DNA from: Octopus sinensis
Lineage: Eukaryota
Direction: 5' to 3'
Length of the DNA stretch: 64,000 bases
NCBI RefSeq assembly: GCF_006345805.1
Contig: NC_043015.1
Span: 27,466,001 to 27,530,000 of the forward strand
Under the pieces are notes generated by a model. That model saw nothing but the letters and a program-made list of their open reading frames with translations, did not search any database and was not told where the DNA came from. Position numbers and translations under genes: made by a program. Below, piece after piece: positions 36,472 through 51,177 of the stretch. The stretch's first letter is position 1; the number at the start of each line of letters is the position of its first letter.

Positions 36472-36712
36472 TTCAAAAGATAGTGCTCATGGGAACTGCC
36501 CATATTCTACATAAAATACTGTCTGTGAAATCTCAAATTTGTAAACAAACACATAATTTTCTTATAGTTTCTTAAACATTCTCTAGAACATCTCTGTGTA
36601 CAAAACCAAATATATGGCACCCTAAGCATACCACCAACATGAACTTCCAACTTGTTGTCTCTTGAGGTCTCTGGATGAGACTTGGAGCCAACTTGCACAA
36701 ATGCAAACATAA
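36472..36712 (+). mobile_element. Extremely 5'-truncated R4/Dong-like copy inside (TAA)n
   Basis: IQKIVLMGTAHILHKILS plus 3' UTR, with (TAA)n immediately on both sides. Confidence 0.8.
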
Positions 36713-36765
36713 AATAATAATAATAATAATGATGATGATGATGATGATAATTATCATTATTATTA

Positions 36766-38302
<1,537 letters not shown>

Positions 38303-38307
38303 TTATA

Positions 38308-38339
<32 letters not shown>

Positions 38340-38810
38340 AGGGCATGTTGATAATGGGAACACTGAAAAAAGGAAACCAAGAAGACCACACTGGCAGTGC
38401 AAGACCAAGGTTTGGCCACAAATTGGTGGGTAACCTTAGGAATGAGTAAGTGTCTCTGTAACAGAGCTGACAAAATCATTGCCCATATTGTAAACGAATG
38501 TCCTTGACTTGCCCAAAACCAACATAAGTTGTAATGACATAATGAGGTAGCAAATGTCTATATCGGAAACTTTGTGAAATGTAGGGGCTAGAGAGAGGCA
38601 AGATTGGTATGAACACAATCCACAGAGTATGTTGATGACCTGCCAAATCCTCTGGGATCCCCCAATCCAAACAGATCAGGTGTTTGAGCACAACAAACCA
38701 GATCTAGTGGTGGTGGACAAGGTGAACCACATGTGCTACATAACTGATGTTGTGTGTCCCTTTGACACATGCATAATCACGAAAGCGCATGAAAAAATTA
38801 GACATATAAA
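38340..38810 (+). mobile_element. RLE-domain fragment of a further R4-like family
   Basis: AVQDQGLATNW, IAHIVNECP, CQILWDPPIQTDQVFEHNKPDLVVVDK..CYITDVVCPFD; begins directly after (TAA)n. Confidence 0.75.
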
Positions 38811-39171
38811 TTCCTCTTAAATATGTGTAGGGACCTCACTTGATTCTGTCTGAGATTTGTTGCTTGTCAAAACGAGAGGGAAATCCTCTCCACACCAGAT
38901 GATTGATGGGGAAACACTTGACCACCAAGGACCTGTGCTGGTCAAGGAAAGGCCAGTCCCTTGTTTAGGGTTTGACTTACATTACTGACCATAGTCTATA
39001 TGACAGAGAACATTTCCTATCTCTTCTTCTTTTGTGTCAGCCAGATCAAGAAACAACACCGTCTTTTGCATCAACCATGACCAAGAGTGGCACTTCCCTT
39101 TGCCCTTCGCTCAACATATGAAGAGAACCTTTAAATTCAGATGCACATATCTTGGCTCAAGCAAAACTTTA

Positions 39172-40354
39172 TTAATCAAAATAAACACCATCAGAGTCAA
39201 CACACTTTTGCCAACGCGAAACAAGTTTATTTACGCCAGTAGCATAAAAATCCTGTGTTCTGGTGGCAATGAAGTCGTTGAAGGCCCGTTTGGCATCGTC
39301 TTGGTTTTTGAAGTATTGCTCACGTAGGAAGTTGTTGAGATGCTTGAAAAAGTGGTAGTCGGTAGGCGAGAGGTGTGGTAAGTATGGTGGATGAGGCAGA
39401 GCTTTGTAACCCAATTTGTTCAACTTCTGCAGGGTCAGTTGTACGACGTGCGGCCAAGCATTGTCATGGAGAAGAATTGGTCCTTTTCTTTTGGCCAATG
39501 CTGGCTCTTGTTGTTGGAGTTTCTTATGCATTTCATCTATTTGCTGACAGTTCTTCTCCGCCCTAATGGTTTCGCCTGGATCCAAAAAGCTGTGATGGGT
39601 GAGACCAGCTGCAGACCACCAAACAGTCACCATGACCTTCTTTTCGTGCAACTTTGGCTTCAGGAAGTGCTGTGGAGCTTCATTAGTGCCCAACCACTGA
39701 GCTGAACATCGCTGGTTATCGTAAAAAATACACTTTGCATCACAAGTCCCAATCCGGTCGAGAAATGGGTTGTTCTTGTTGCATAAAAGAAGGGAAGATG
39801 ACACTTCAAAACAGCATCATTTTGGTTGTCATTCAATTCGTGCAGCACCCATTTCTCAAGTATTTTTGTTTTTCCAGTCTCTTTCAAGTGTTTGGCAATT
39901 GTCGTAAACATTACATCTAATTCAGAAGCAAGCTCTCCCATTGTTGCATGGGTTTGCTTTGACTAAGGCTCTTAGTTGATCGTTGTCAGCATCTAATGGC
40001 TGACCACTATGCTTATCATCTTCATGATTCTCATCACCGCTATGAAATTTCTTGAACCACCATTGTGCTGTACGTTCATTAGTGGTTCCTGGGCCAAATG
40101 CATCATTGATATTACGAGCTGTTTCAGCTGCTTTTCAGCCTAGCTTGAACTGGAATAAGAAATTTGCTTTTTGTCCATGTTATATTTAATGTTCCGGGAA
40201 AAAAATGGCCTAAATATTCAAAAAGAAAAAGAGCAACCGGATTAGATAGAGTGAAAAACGGGCTTTAAAAGTAATTTAACGAAAATTAATTTTAAAATAC
40301 ATCATTTAAAACCAAAATTAAAAATTCCGCAAGAACTTTCTTGACAACCTAATA
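39172..40354 (-). mobile_element. Mariner transposase pseudogene (DD34D type) with 5' TIR
   Basis: KWVLHEL; DRIGTCDAKCIFYDN; LLHDNAWPH; HPPYLPHLSPTDYHFF; WQKCVDSDGVYFD*. TIR TATTAGGTTGTCAAGAAAGTTCTTGCGG at 40354-40327. Frameshifted; 3' TIR not found. Confidence 0.9.
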
Positions 40355-40589
40355 CTAACCAGCAAGCCAACCTTGTTGTCACTATCACTAGAATTGCTAG
40401 TCTCCTTAACTACTGGTCAGGGAAATGAATAAATATATGCAGTTAATATTTCTTCCTTCTTGGTGTTGATTCTTCATTGTTCACTGGTTACTCTGATGTG
40501 AGAACCTTCAAGTGTTACATCTACATGCTACATTCGGTAGTGGGCTACATCATATCAACGTGATATGGCACATCACTTTTGACCTGCTA

Positions 40590-40880
40590 CATATGAGATA
40601 GTTTGACTCTGGAAAATGAAGCAAGTGAAGATAGTGCCAATAATTGTTGGGTCCCTGGGGACAGTATAAAAAGGCATCAAGAGAAATATAAAGGAAATTG
40701 GAATAGAGTACCAAGTAGAAATGTTGTAAAGGGTTTGCCTCCTTGGCACAGCCAGAATAATCAGGAGAGTATTAAATTGTTGCAAAGAACAGATAGCAAG
40801 GTACTGCAGGCTGCAGGGTAGCAAGCCTGCTGTGCATGCAAGACTTCAGGAGCTCCAGCCAAAGCTGAGTTAAAAGAATA
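40590..40880 (+). mobile_element. 3'-end fragment of an R4-like element
   Basis: LWKMKQVKIVPIIVGSLGTV...VCLLGTARIIRRVL; the 3' UTR runs into a degenerate TAA/TAG tail. Confidence 0.75.
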
Positions 40881-41799
40881 ATAGTAGTATTAATAATGAT
40901 AATTGTTTGCCATCAGGGTCCTTTAATAAATACAATGAAAATATTATACACAGAGATTACAATAAGCTCTAGCAATAGACAATAAAGTATACAAAAATCA
41001 AGGAAAGTGTACAGACATTATGAAATATACATGTTAAAAATTTTATATCAATTATAGACATAGAATTAATTGGGATTTTATAAAACACTCAGTAATTAAA
41101 AGAGACATAATTTAATTGATATAAAACACAAAAAATGCTACACAAATGAGAACACATCAGCTATAGCAAGTCAGAAAACCACAATTCTGCTTCCTGGCCC
41201 CTCATCAAACTAGAATCAGGTACCCACTAAAAATAGCCATAAACAATTTTTGCATAGGATAGGGTAAAAAGCACTCATCATTCTCTGGGAAAGTGTGTTT
41301 CACAGTGTAGTCAACAATATCTTATTATTTGTATGTTTCTAGAAATTCACCTTTAAATTGTTCCCATCATGTAACATGTTTTTGCATTTCAGAACTTACA
41401 ACTTTGATCTTAAGGGAGAAACATCTTGAGAAGTTGTCCCGTGGGTCTAGTAATACAATGTTAGACTCTGTAAGCTGTGGCTTATCATTAATAGATAAAT
41501 GCTAAAAACCCTGGTGCATTGCTCATGTCATCCAGTGGAGTAGAGTCTTCTTCATACTTTACATGCCTTATACTTCCTCATACTTTCACATGTCTTATAC
41601 TTTCGCCTTCTTCTGTAATTTTTTCCTTTTCCTTCCCTCATATATGGTTTGCCATTTTCCTCTAGCTTCCTTTTTCTTTCCATCATCACAAGATAGAATG
41701 GTACTATTACAAGTGTGGCTTTCAGCTTCATCATTTTCTGGTCTTAAAAGCAGGGAAAGATTTTGACCATCCATAGAGCTGCAAGTAGTGGTCAACTGG

Positions 41800-42400
41800 T
41801 TTTGCTGCTAACTTTAAGCCCTATTACATGGTACCCCATTCTTGGATTGTAGGGTTACTTAGAATGCTTGGTGTAGCTGAAAACCTCAACAACATCCCCA
41901 AGGAGTATTAACATTCCTACTAGTGTAATAGGAGAGCAAATTCTAGTATATTATTACTTAGCAAAAAGTATACTACTACTTAAATATGCTGTAAAAGAAC
42001 TAGATTTTACTGGTGCTGAGCTTCAAGAGAAGAAGGTAAAGTAAGAAATTTGTGAAAGAAAAGAGGTGCTCAAAGAAATACTGTTACATGGACAGTTCTA
42101 CAGGGAAAAACCATAAATTATTGTTGATGGTAGAAGCTTAAGATGAAGCCCTAAAAAAAAATGACTAAAGATATTTATTGCACTGTTTTAACAAATAAAT
42201 GTCACCAATGTAATCATCTATGTATCATAAAAAATAATGACTAGCCCAGAATGTAAGTGATGGCATGATAATTGTCTTGATTTGGACAGGTAACTTTGAA
42301 AAAAATCAGTTATAACATTTCAGACAAATAGTACAATAATGAATCAGAAAAAGCTGTAAATGAATCTGCTAACCCAAAGATTCTACAGGATCTGACACTT
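41800..42400 (+). mobile_element. Highly decayed R4-like RT/RLE relic
   Basis: KPYYMVPHSWIVGLLRMLGV (KAYDxVPHSW motif) and LLHGQF remnants. Confidence 0.5.
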
Positions 42401-45400
42401 AGACTAGAGAAAATACTTGAACACTGTAGACTAGATATATTCTATCTAATACTATTTTTATGAATGGTACAAAACTATGACTGTGGAGAAGAATGTAGTT
42501 GATATTGTCAACTCCAGCATTTAACAGGCACTCATTTTACTGACACTGAAATAATTAAATGTAAAGTAAAATTCAGCAAGATTTGCTCTAAGAACATAAT
42601 AATTTAAGAATTAATAATAAGTACAATCTTCAACAATAATTATAATAATAATTCTTTCCACTATAGATGCAAGGCTAACAATTTTAAGGAAGTAGGTCAG
42701 TTGATTGCATCAGCCCTCAGTGTTTGACTAGTATTAACTTTATCAACCCTGAAAAGATGAAGGTAGAGTTGGTCTTGGCAGAATTTGAATCCAGAATGTA
42801 AAGAGCCAGAAGAAATGCCCCAAAGCATATTTGTTGATTACCAGCAATTGTTATTATTATTATTATTATTAAGGTAGTAAGCTAACAAAATCATTAGCAC
42901 ACTGGACACAGAGCTAAGCAGCATTTTGTACGTCTTTATATTCTGAGTTCAAATTCCAATGAGGTTGACTTTGCCTTTCATCTTTTCAAGGTCAATGAAG
43001 TAAGTACCAGCTATGTACTGGAATTGATGTAATCACCTAGCACCCGCCCCCGCTGAAAATTTCTAGCTTTATGCCTATAGCAGAAAACATTATTGTTATT
43101 GTTGTTGTTGTTGTTAATATGGTGGTGGTAATGGTGGTCATAGTAGTGGTGATGGTGTCATCAATGAGACATTATTAATTATCATTATATCAACTGTTGC
43201 TATCACAGAAATAACTTTGTTTTTCTTCGTTTTGCTAAAGATACCTGAACATTATGACTTTTTCCTGTGGGGATTTCAGACTGGAAGCACTTGATAATAC
43301 TTTAAATGAACTTCAGAATGGTAAGATAATTCAAAAACAAATTCTGAAGAAAATGTCTTTGTTGCTTTTTTTCTCTCACTTTTCTTTAATTTTGTTTTCA
43401 TTAAAAAAGTAAATAAATTTTATGTTACTTTATTTATGAATATTGTTTCTAATTTCTAATTAACAACAAAGATTATTTATTTACATTGTATTTCTATAAA
43501 ACCTTTTCTTTGTATATTTAAATTAGAAAGAAGCAGGGTCAAGTCCCATAAAACCCTGGTTTATTCTTTTGTTATTTTACTTGTTTTAGTAACTGTTTCG
43601 TATTTTGGCACAAGGCTACCAATTTTGAGGGGAGGGGGTTAATTAATTATATCGATCCCAATACATGACTGGTTCTTTATTTTATCAAATCAGAAAGGAT
43701 GAAAGGCAATGTTGACCTTGGTGGGATTTGTACTTAGAAACGAAGAGCTAGAAGAAATGCTGCTAAGCATTTTTCCTGCACACTACCAGACTACAGCCAT
43801 GCTGGGGCACCAGCTTGATAAGTTTCAGTTAATCATTTTGACCATAGCAGTTAATTTTGTCTTGTGATTTTATTGATTTCTGTATTAAACTGCTAAGTGA
43901 TAGGACATAAACATAGAACAACAGTTTCCATAAATTTACTATTGTAAACTTGTGTAAACATACAATAGGCACACATACACTAATATATAATTTCATATAT
44001 ATGTATTTATCTGTGCACGTGTCTGTCTGTCTGTCTGTCATACATGTATGTATGTATGTATGTATGTATGTATGTATGTATGTATGTATGTATATGAATG
44101 ATACAGTTTCCATCTGGAAATTTCTCAGTTTTTCACTCAAGACATCAGTCAGCCTAGGCTATAGTAGAAGGTACTTGCCTGAGATTCCACACATAGATAC
44201 CAAACCTCCAAATCATGTGGTTGTGAACAGAAATAGTTAACCTCTCACAAAAGCCTACACATCATCATCATCATCATCATCATCGTTTAATGTCCGTTTT
44301 CCATGTTAGCATGGGTTGGACTGTTCGACCAGGGTCTGAGAAACCAGGAGGCTGCACCAGGCTCCAGTCTGATCTGGCAGAGTTTCTACAGCTGGATGCC
44401 CTTCCTAATGCCAACCACTCCGTAAGTGTAATGGGTGCTTTTTACATGCCACCAGCACAGGTGCCAGGTGAGGCTGGCAATGGCCACAATCGGTTGGTGC
44501 TTTTTACGTGCCACTGGCATGGCTACAATCGCATGGCCGAAACAAGCAAAACAATAAAAAACTATGCCATTTTAATCTTGAGCAATGCAGGGTACCTCTG
44601 CTAGTTAACTATAAATAAGGAAAGATAAATCTGAACATGGCAAACTTAGAACACAAAATCTTATAGCAATAAACCTATAATAATGAAATTCAACAATTTC
44701 ATTTGTGTCAACTCTATGCATTTTTCAAATTTTTGATATAGAGTCTTCCAATTTACAGGGAAGATGAGGTAGATGAAAAAGTAAAGCATTTATCTTTTAT
44801 CTTTTGCTTTTTTCGGTCATTAGACTGCGCCCATGATGAAGCATTGATTTGCAGAATTTTTAGTTGAAGGAATCAGCGCTGGTACTTTTTTTTTTTTAAA
44901 GTCTGGTACTTATTCTATTGGTCTCCGTTGCTGAACTGCTAAGCTATGGTGACATAAACACACCAACACCAGTTGTCAAGTAGTGGTGGAGGACAAATAC
45001 CGACACACATGTATACGTATATAAATATATATTAATAAAATGGGCTTGTTTTCAGTTTCTGGCTATCAGATCCACTCACAAGGCTTTGGTCAGCTTGAGA
45101 CTATAGTAGAAAAACTTGCCCAAGGTGTCATGAGGGGGAGTGGACCTGGAATTATGTGGTTGGGAAACAAGCTTTTTTACCACACAGCCACATCTGCACT
45201 TTTTTGTTGCTTTTGCTTTTTTTTTCCATTAGTTACTTAACTGAAGTGATTCCAAATGGAGATTAAAACCAACTATTAGCTTTGGTTTACCAACAATTTA
45301 CCATTGTGTCAAACTGTTGTCTGCAAAGAAAATTTAAGGGAAAAAATACATACTTACACAATTAATATGAACATAGTTAGCAGGCTCAAGATAAGCTTTT

Positions 45401-47700
45401 ACAAAAGTACTTTTTCCAGCTGGAATTGAAATTTTTAAAAATGTAAAAAAAAAAAAAATACATAAAAAATATTTTTTAAATCATAGCTTCAAATTAACAA
45501 GCTCTTTGTAAATTAAATGAAAAGGGTGATGAAAGTCATTAAAATGCTGAACACAAAGAAAAATGAATTTACTCTATAATTACATAACCTTAACAATGAA
45601 AACAATTTTATTGAAAGAAAGAATAAATATAAAACCTGCTACAATTTGCATAACAAGAAGGGTTAAGTGAGATATTTAAATCAGTGGAACTTTCGACAAG
45701 ACTTCATAGGTGTTAATTTGTGATTTTAAAGGTTAATATATACATTTTTGATTCTCCCATTGTATACCCCTAATAACTGCAACAGCTATATTCTGGAAGG
45801 TGTTATTGTAATGTTCTTGAATGTGTATATACACAATGGTCAGAGAGTATTGCTAATGCACAATAAAGTGTGTTGCCTTCTGTTTGGTGCATCAAAATTC
45901 ATAACCAGCATATTTCCCAAAATTTTAGGGCCTTTCAAGATTTTTCATTAGATGCCATTGATGTATTCCAATTAACTAGTAACAATTAAAAACATTATTA
46001 ATTAGCTGTTAATTAATAAATTGGTAACATTAAAAGAGCGAGTTATCTAAAACCAGTTCTGAGACACATACCAGTTCATCTGCTAAAAAAAGCAAACAGC
46101 ATCAGAGAAATTATTCGTTACATTATGCAATATGGCAGCAATTAAGACTGAGCTTCATAATTAGGGCTCAAAATGCTTTTAGCCCCTGAACACAAACTAA
46201 CTTGTTATATGATCTGAGAACAAGCAAATAGAGAATTATTCCCACTTCATGGAATAATGTATCTTGCTTTTATAACCTAATTATAAGATAAACTTTATGT
46301 AAATACATTCAATTTAAATGAGTTGAGCTCTTAATACAATATCTTGCTTTCTTGTTGCATTTTCTACAATGAGTACAATAAAAATAGAATAAAAATGATA
46401 AATATAACATTCCTGACCTGTCTACACATGGTTAGACATGACTGGAATTATCTTTTATTTATCAAAGCGCAGGAAAATAGACGTGGCCATGGTGATGATA
46501 AGAGGGGGAGGGATGGAGAGAAAGAGAGAGGTGTTTCTTTTCTCAGAGGAAATTGTATTCATTACATCATAAAATGTCACAACTAGCTAAAAAAATCCCT
46601 TAATAGTAAAAGGTTGCAAAAAAACAGCAGTATTTCATTACCTTGTTTAACTGATCAATTTGTGTCGCCACACTATCATATGAAAAAATAAATTATGGAT
46701 AAAGGTAAAACATGAACAATGTAATCCACTTGAGAAAGAGTACATACCTGCAGGATATCCCACCAATATAATAAGCTCTTAGGAATTTTTAGAAGAGAGG
46801 GCACAATGTCAGAAGGGAATACACTTCCAGAAGAAAAGGGTCTAATAAAATTATTTAGAAGGGTGAAATTCTTTTCTTGAGTGGGGGAACGTGCCTCTCA
46901 GACTCCCCTTAGGTCTGCCCCTGTCTGTGGTATATCTCAGGCAAAACTGCAATGGATACTAATCTGTTCTGTCATATATTTCAAATAAGGAGCCCATTAA
47001 TTATACAGTTTTAGCATTAAAAAGAGTATATTTCAGGGATTCTCAAATGTTATGTCAAGACCATGTAGAGTGTTGTTAAGCCAGATTGTATTTCTTTATA
47101 TAGAAAGTGGTTTAACTTTGTAGCAGTTTTAATTTTTAAGTTCCATAAATATTATTTTTGATCTGTCAGTCTCAGTATAGTCAACCTCTTTTGTAGGTGA
47201 TTTCTTTTTTGCTATCATGTTCTAGACTGCATCGTGTTTCGTGGAAAGACTGTCTCTCGCAGTTGGCAATAATATAGTTGCTATCATCAGCCTTGGGCTT
47301 TTTCCATAATACCCACCACTTCACAGTGTGTAGTGGGTACTTTTTCATGCCACACACTATTGAGACTTGCAGTTTGCAAGTCTACAAAACCGATGGAAGT
47401 GTGGTGCATCCTTACATGGGGTTAAGGTATGAGAGAAGCAGTTAGAGAGGAGCAGGTTCCTGTTGTAGAGGTTCTACATGGCTTTTCACATTTAGGAAGG
47501 AAAATGAGAATGAATTAATGGTATATCCAAAGAAATAGACAGAGGTGATGAGGTATCCAGGTGACACCTCAATGCACAAGGTGAGTAGCAGTAAGTGAGG
47601 GAGAAGAGATAGGGAAATGGGAGAGAGAGAGAGGGGTAGGCAACACCTGTAAAGATTGGAAAGGATTAAGGGGAGAAGGTGCAATAGTTGAGGAGGTTAA

Positions 47701-48645
47701 ACTGTAGGGTTAAATATAAAAAGCAGAACAAATCAGTGTACATAAAGGAATGTACATAAAAAAGTGTACATAAAGAGTAATGTTGTATAATAAGTAGAAT
47801 ATATATAAAAGGTGGATGTGTACGTTTTGCTTGTACGGTGTGGTGGAGGTCGGACGATTCTCAATTGACCAACCGTGAGGAAGATAATGATAATTTTAAA
47901 ATTCAAATCAAATAGTGTATTTATGTCATAAAGAAAATTATTAACTGGAACACGGACATACATATATTCCGCTCTGGATCATAATGTAAGAGTTATTAAT
48001 AATATTATGAATGATAACAATGATAAAATTAATGGTATTGACAACGATAATGATACTAAATTTAATGACACTTTAGAAACTATTATGAAGTAATATAATG
48101 TACTATTGAATATGTATATTTGCATCTAGGTATTAATTTGTGTATGTTTATTATCACAATATTAAGTCGAAAAACTGAGACATTGAGTGTGGAACACATA
48201 TATGTTTACTAATTTATATTATTTATTTATATCATTATGTAAATGTATATTTTTATATGTATAGGAGTGTGAATATATGCACTCATATGTATATATATAT
48301 GTTGTATTGTGGGTACGCACCCACACCCATGTGGGTATATATGTAGACTGAGTTATATTACATAATCTCCGAAGAGGCCTTGTGATATTTTTGTTAATGT
48401 CTCATTTATATCTATATATTGACCAACCATAAAGGGCTAATATTGGTAAAATGAGACATAATTATCGACATGGCCGAAACAGCTGTAAGATCTAATTTAT
48501 ACTTATATTTATATTTACTTGTATTTATATTCTCTTTTATATATATACTACTTATTATACAACATTACTCTTTTATGTACACTTTTTTATGTACATTCCT
48601 TTATGTACACTGATTTGTTCTGCTTTTTATATTTAACCCTACAGT
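47701..48645 (+). mobile_element. 945-bp non-coding PLE-type element with ~110-bp terminal inverted repeats and an internal hammerhead
   Basis: 47701-47810 is the reverse complement of ~48535-48645 (about 2 differences); HHR motif at 48365-48491; no RT ORF. Confidence 0.75.
48365..48491 (+). ncRNA. Type I hammerhead ribozyme motif with a ~100-nt stem II
   Basis: Stem I ATCT/AGAT; core CCGAAGA (U4C); stem II closed by GGCC/GGCC and continued by TGT(C)GATA and an 11-bp ATGTCTCATTT/AAATGAGACAT helix; GAAA; palindromic stem III ACAGCTGT; GUA triplet ending at 48487. Confidence 0.75.
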
Positions 48646-48940
48646 CTCTTATGTGGTGGTTTAATAAAGTATGTGATTGAGTATATCTGGTAATTGATAT
48701 TTGATTTAGATGTATTTCTCCATTTTCTTATCTTGTATTAGTAATTTGTGGTAAATCATTTTACCTTTGCCCATATAATACAGTAAATGAATTGATTGCA
48801 TCGCAATCATTAACATTTATGTATTAACTTTGTTGGGTACCTCACTAGCAGTATATTGGATATACGTTATCCCATAGAGGGTTGCATTTACAACCCCTAT
48901 CTCAATTTGTATATATATATATATATATATATAGATATAG

Positions 48941-48973
<33 letters not shown>

Positions 48974-49239
48974 GTCCCTCTTACAATCCACATCAACGGA
49001 TACATATACACATTCAAACATGATGGCTGCCCCTGGTTATCGAGTATGGCCATTGCACGAAGCTTAACTGTTATTGGTGCTGTGATCGAATGTGACTTTT
49101 ATTTGCTTTTTAAGGCTACAGCCAGCTATTCAGTTGAGACTCACAGCACTATCAACAATCATTTTTTTTTTTAAAGTGAGGAAAGGCTGTACACTGAGTC
49201 AATCCCACTCACTAAGCAACATCAGCCATAATCTGAAAA

Positions 49240-49620
49240 GAAGAACAAGTTAACATCATCGGTAACCACTGAGCCGCAGGTTTTATGTCGGAGTTATCCC
49301 AGTTACCAGAGTTACCTTCTCCTAGAAGTATGCCCTAACAAAGGCTAGGAGTCCTTCACTCCCAATGGTTTAACCTCGCGATCGGGTATTCAGTCCGATT
49401 ATTTCTATGTCCCTGAGCATGATACAACCTTAAGTCTTAAAAAAAAAATACACATTTATTGGATGGCCGTTGACTCTCAAGAGTTACTGCGCCCTTTGAC
49501 GGGTTTTGTTTTTCATCCCGCAGGGTGTCCAATAAACACCCTCCTCACCAAGCAAGCTTGGTGGGGCTGCCGGATTAGTCGCCGACGGCCCGACCATGCA
49601 ACAGGTTGTACTGGGTGTAC
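49240..49620 (+). other. GC-richer structured segment resembling RTE-type 5' UTR / SINE sequence
   Basis: CCTTCTCCTAG...CAAAGGCTAGGAG motif and several nested hairpins at 49465-49590; family assignment is from recall only. Confidence 0.35.
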
Positions 49621-49957
49621 TGGTTACATGTTACTAGTAGCAATCGAAAGTGACCTGACATTCAAACAAACATACATACATACACACATATCCATACACA
49701 TATGTTCATACACCTACATTCCTACATCAATACAAATGCTTACAAAATTAACTCTATTAATAAGTATGTCTACAATTATACATGGAGAGATAATTACAAA
49801 AAGCAAACATAAGTAGTTCCAATCAGATTTTATACTATCAAAATACTTTGTACGCACATACATATCTCTAGAAACATAAACAAATATACATACGTTAAAG
49901 ACTATAAACATACATCCATTGAATACATACATACACTAGATGTATATAATATATATG

Positions 49958-49991
<34 letters not shown>

Positions 49992-50721
49992 TAATATATA
50001 TATATATTGCGCGCTTGCGCCGGTTCGCGTACGCATACGCTCCGCAGCACCTCGCTCTTGGAACCGACAAGACCTCCCGCCCGTTCCTGGGACCGTCGCG
50101 TGTCGTTGGGTTTTCCCACGCCCGCCTCCGCGGGACCACTCTTCCATCTTCCCCTCAGCTGGAGTCCCCTTTTTCCTTACCCCCCCCTTTTCGTTACACA
50201 CACGCGCACACATATACACACATTGCTAAATATATACATTCTCTTACACACATTCAATCTACTCGCCATTTATACCACCACGACACTGGACACACACACA
50301 CACTACTACTCAACACACGCTCTGGCACGCTACATACGCCCCCACCCCTTCCCCTCCCTCCCTTCCTCCCCTTCCTTCTTTTTCTTACTACTGACCTTTG
50401 TCTGCTAAGCTGACCACTATCTCGCCCTACCTCACACGCCTACACACAGACGCACACACTAACACACACATATATATTTTTTGTTTTTTCATCTCGCCTC
50501 ACACACACACATACACACACGCACACGCACACACTCACACATACACACACATCTGTTGCGTTACCAACCTTGTCTCCACTCTTTTGCCTTTAAAAACCCA
50601 CTTTGCTCTGTTTTCGTAAACATCCGCCTTTCACCATGTGCAACTCGTAAACACCAGTCGTCTTTTTTCTTTCCCTGTTGCCCGCTCTGGGATCTTTCTT
50701 TCCTCTCTCTTCCTTCTTTAT

Positions 50722-50756
50722 GTTTCCGACGAAGAGCTCCGCTCGAAACGTCATAC
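50722..50756 (+). ncRNA. Minimal type I hammerhead motif in the 5' pLTR
   Basis: GTTT-CCGACGA-A-GAGC/TCC/GCTC-GAAA-CGTC-ATAC; U4C core and a weak stem I with a U-U mismatch. Confidence 0.6.
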
Positions 50757-51177
50757 CTCCCTGCTTCCATTTCCTGAGCGCCTATTAATAATAATACTGT
50801 AATTGTTCCATTGTTGTTGTTTTTTTGTTTCCCGTTTGGATTAAAATTATACCACTGCGCGCCTACACGGACCCCCTGTACCTTGGATACCAACTCCCGG
50901 ATTTTTTGCACCTACGGATTATTGTTACCATTCTTCCTGACCTACGGATCACCCGCAACCTTCTTCCGGAGTACCACCATTACCGTGATTGAAAATCATT
51001 ACCTAATCTGTCCGTTGACTCTCAAATCTCTTTCCTGACTTTTTTCAACTTTTTTCAACTTTTCTATTGTTTTCAAACCGTCTTCACCCGTTTTCTTCTT
51101 TCGTTGTTTTCCTGTTGTCTCTCCTTTTTCCTGTTTCGCCACCACCCACCTTTACCTGTTTGCCACCACTTCTCATC

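Noticed and set aside
46750-46850. Possible exon ending CAG|GTATGT (PFSSGSVFPSDIV...)
   Set aside because: The acceptor is weak and the region looks like a decayed interspersed repeat; a short open frame can occur by chance.
49465-49600. HDV-like ribozyme
   Set aside because: A P1-like stem exists, but the GG of P1.1 and the P2/P3 pseudoknot order could not be found.
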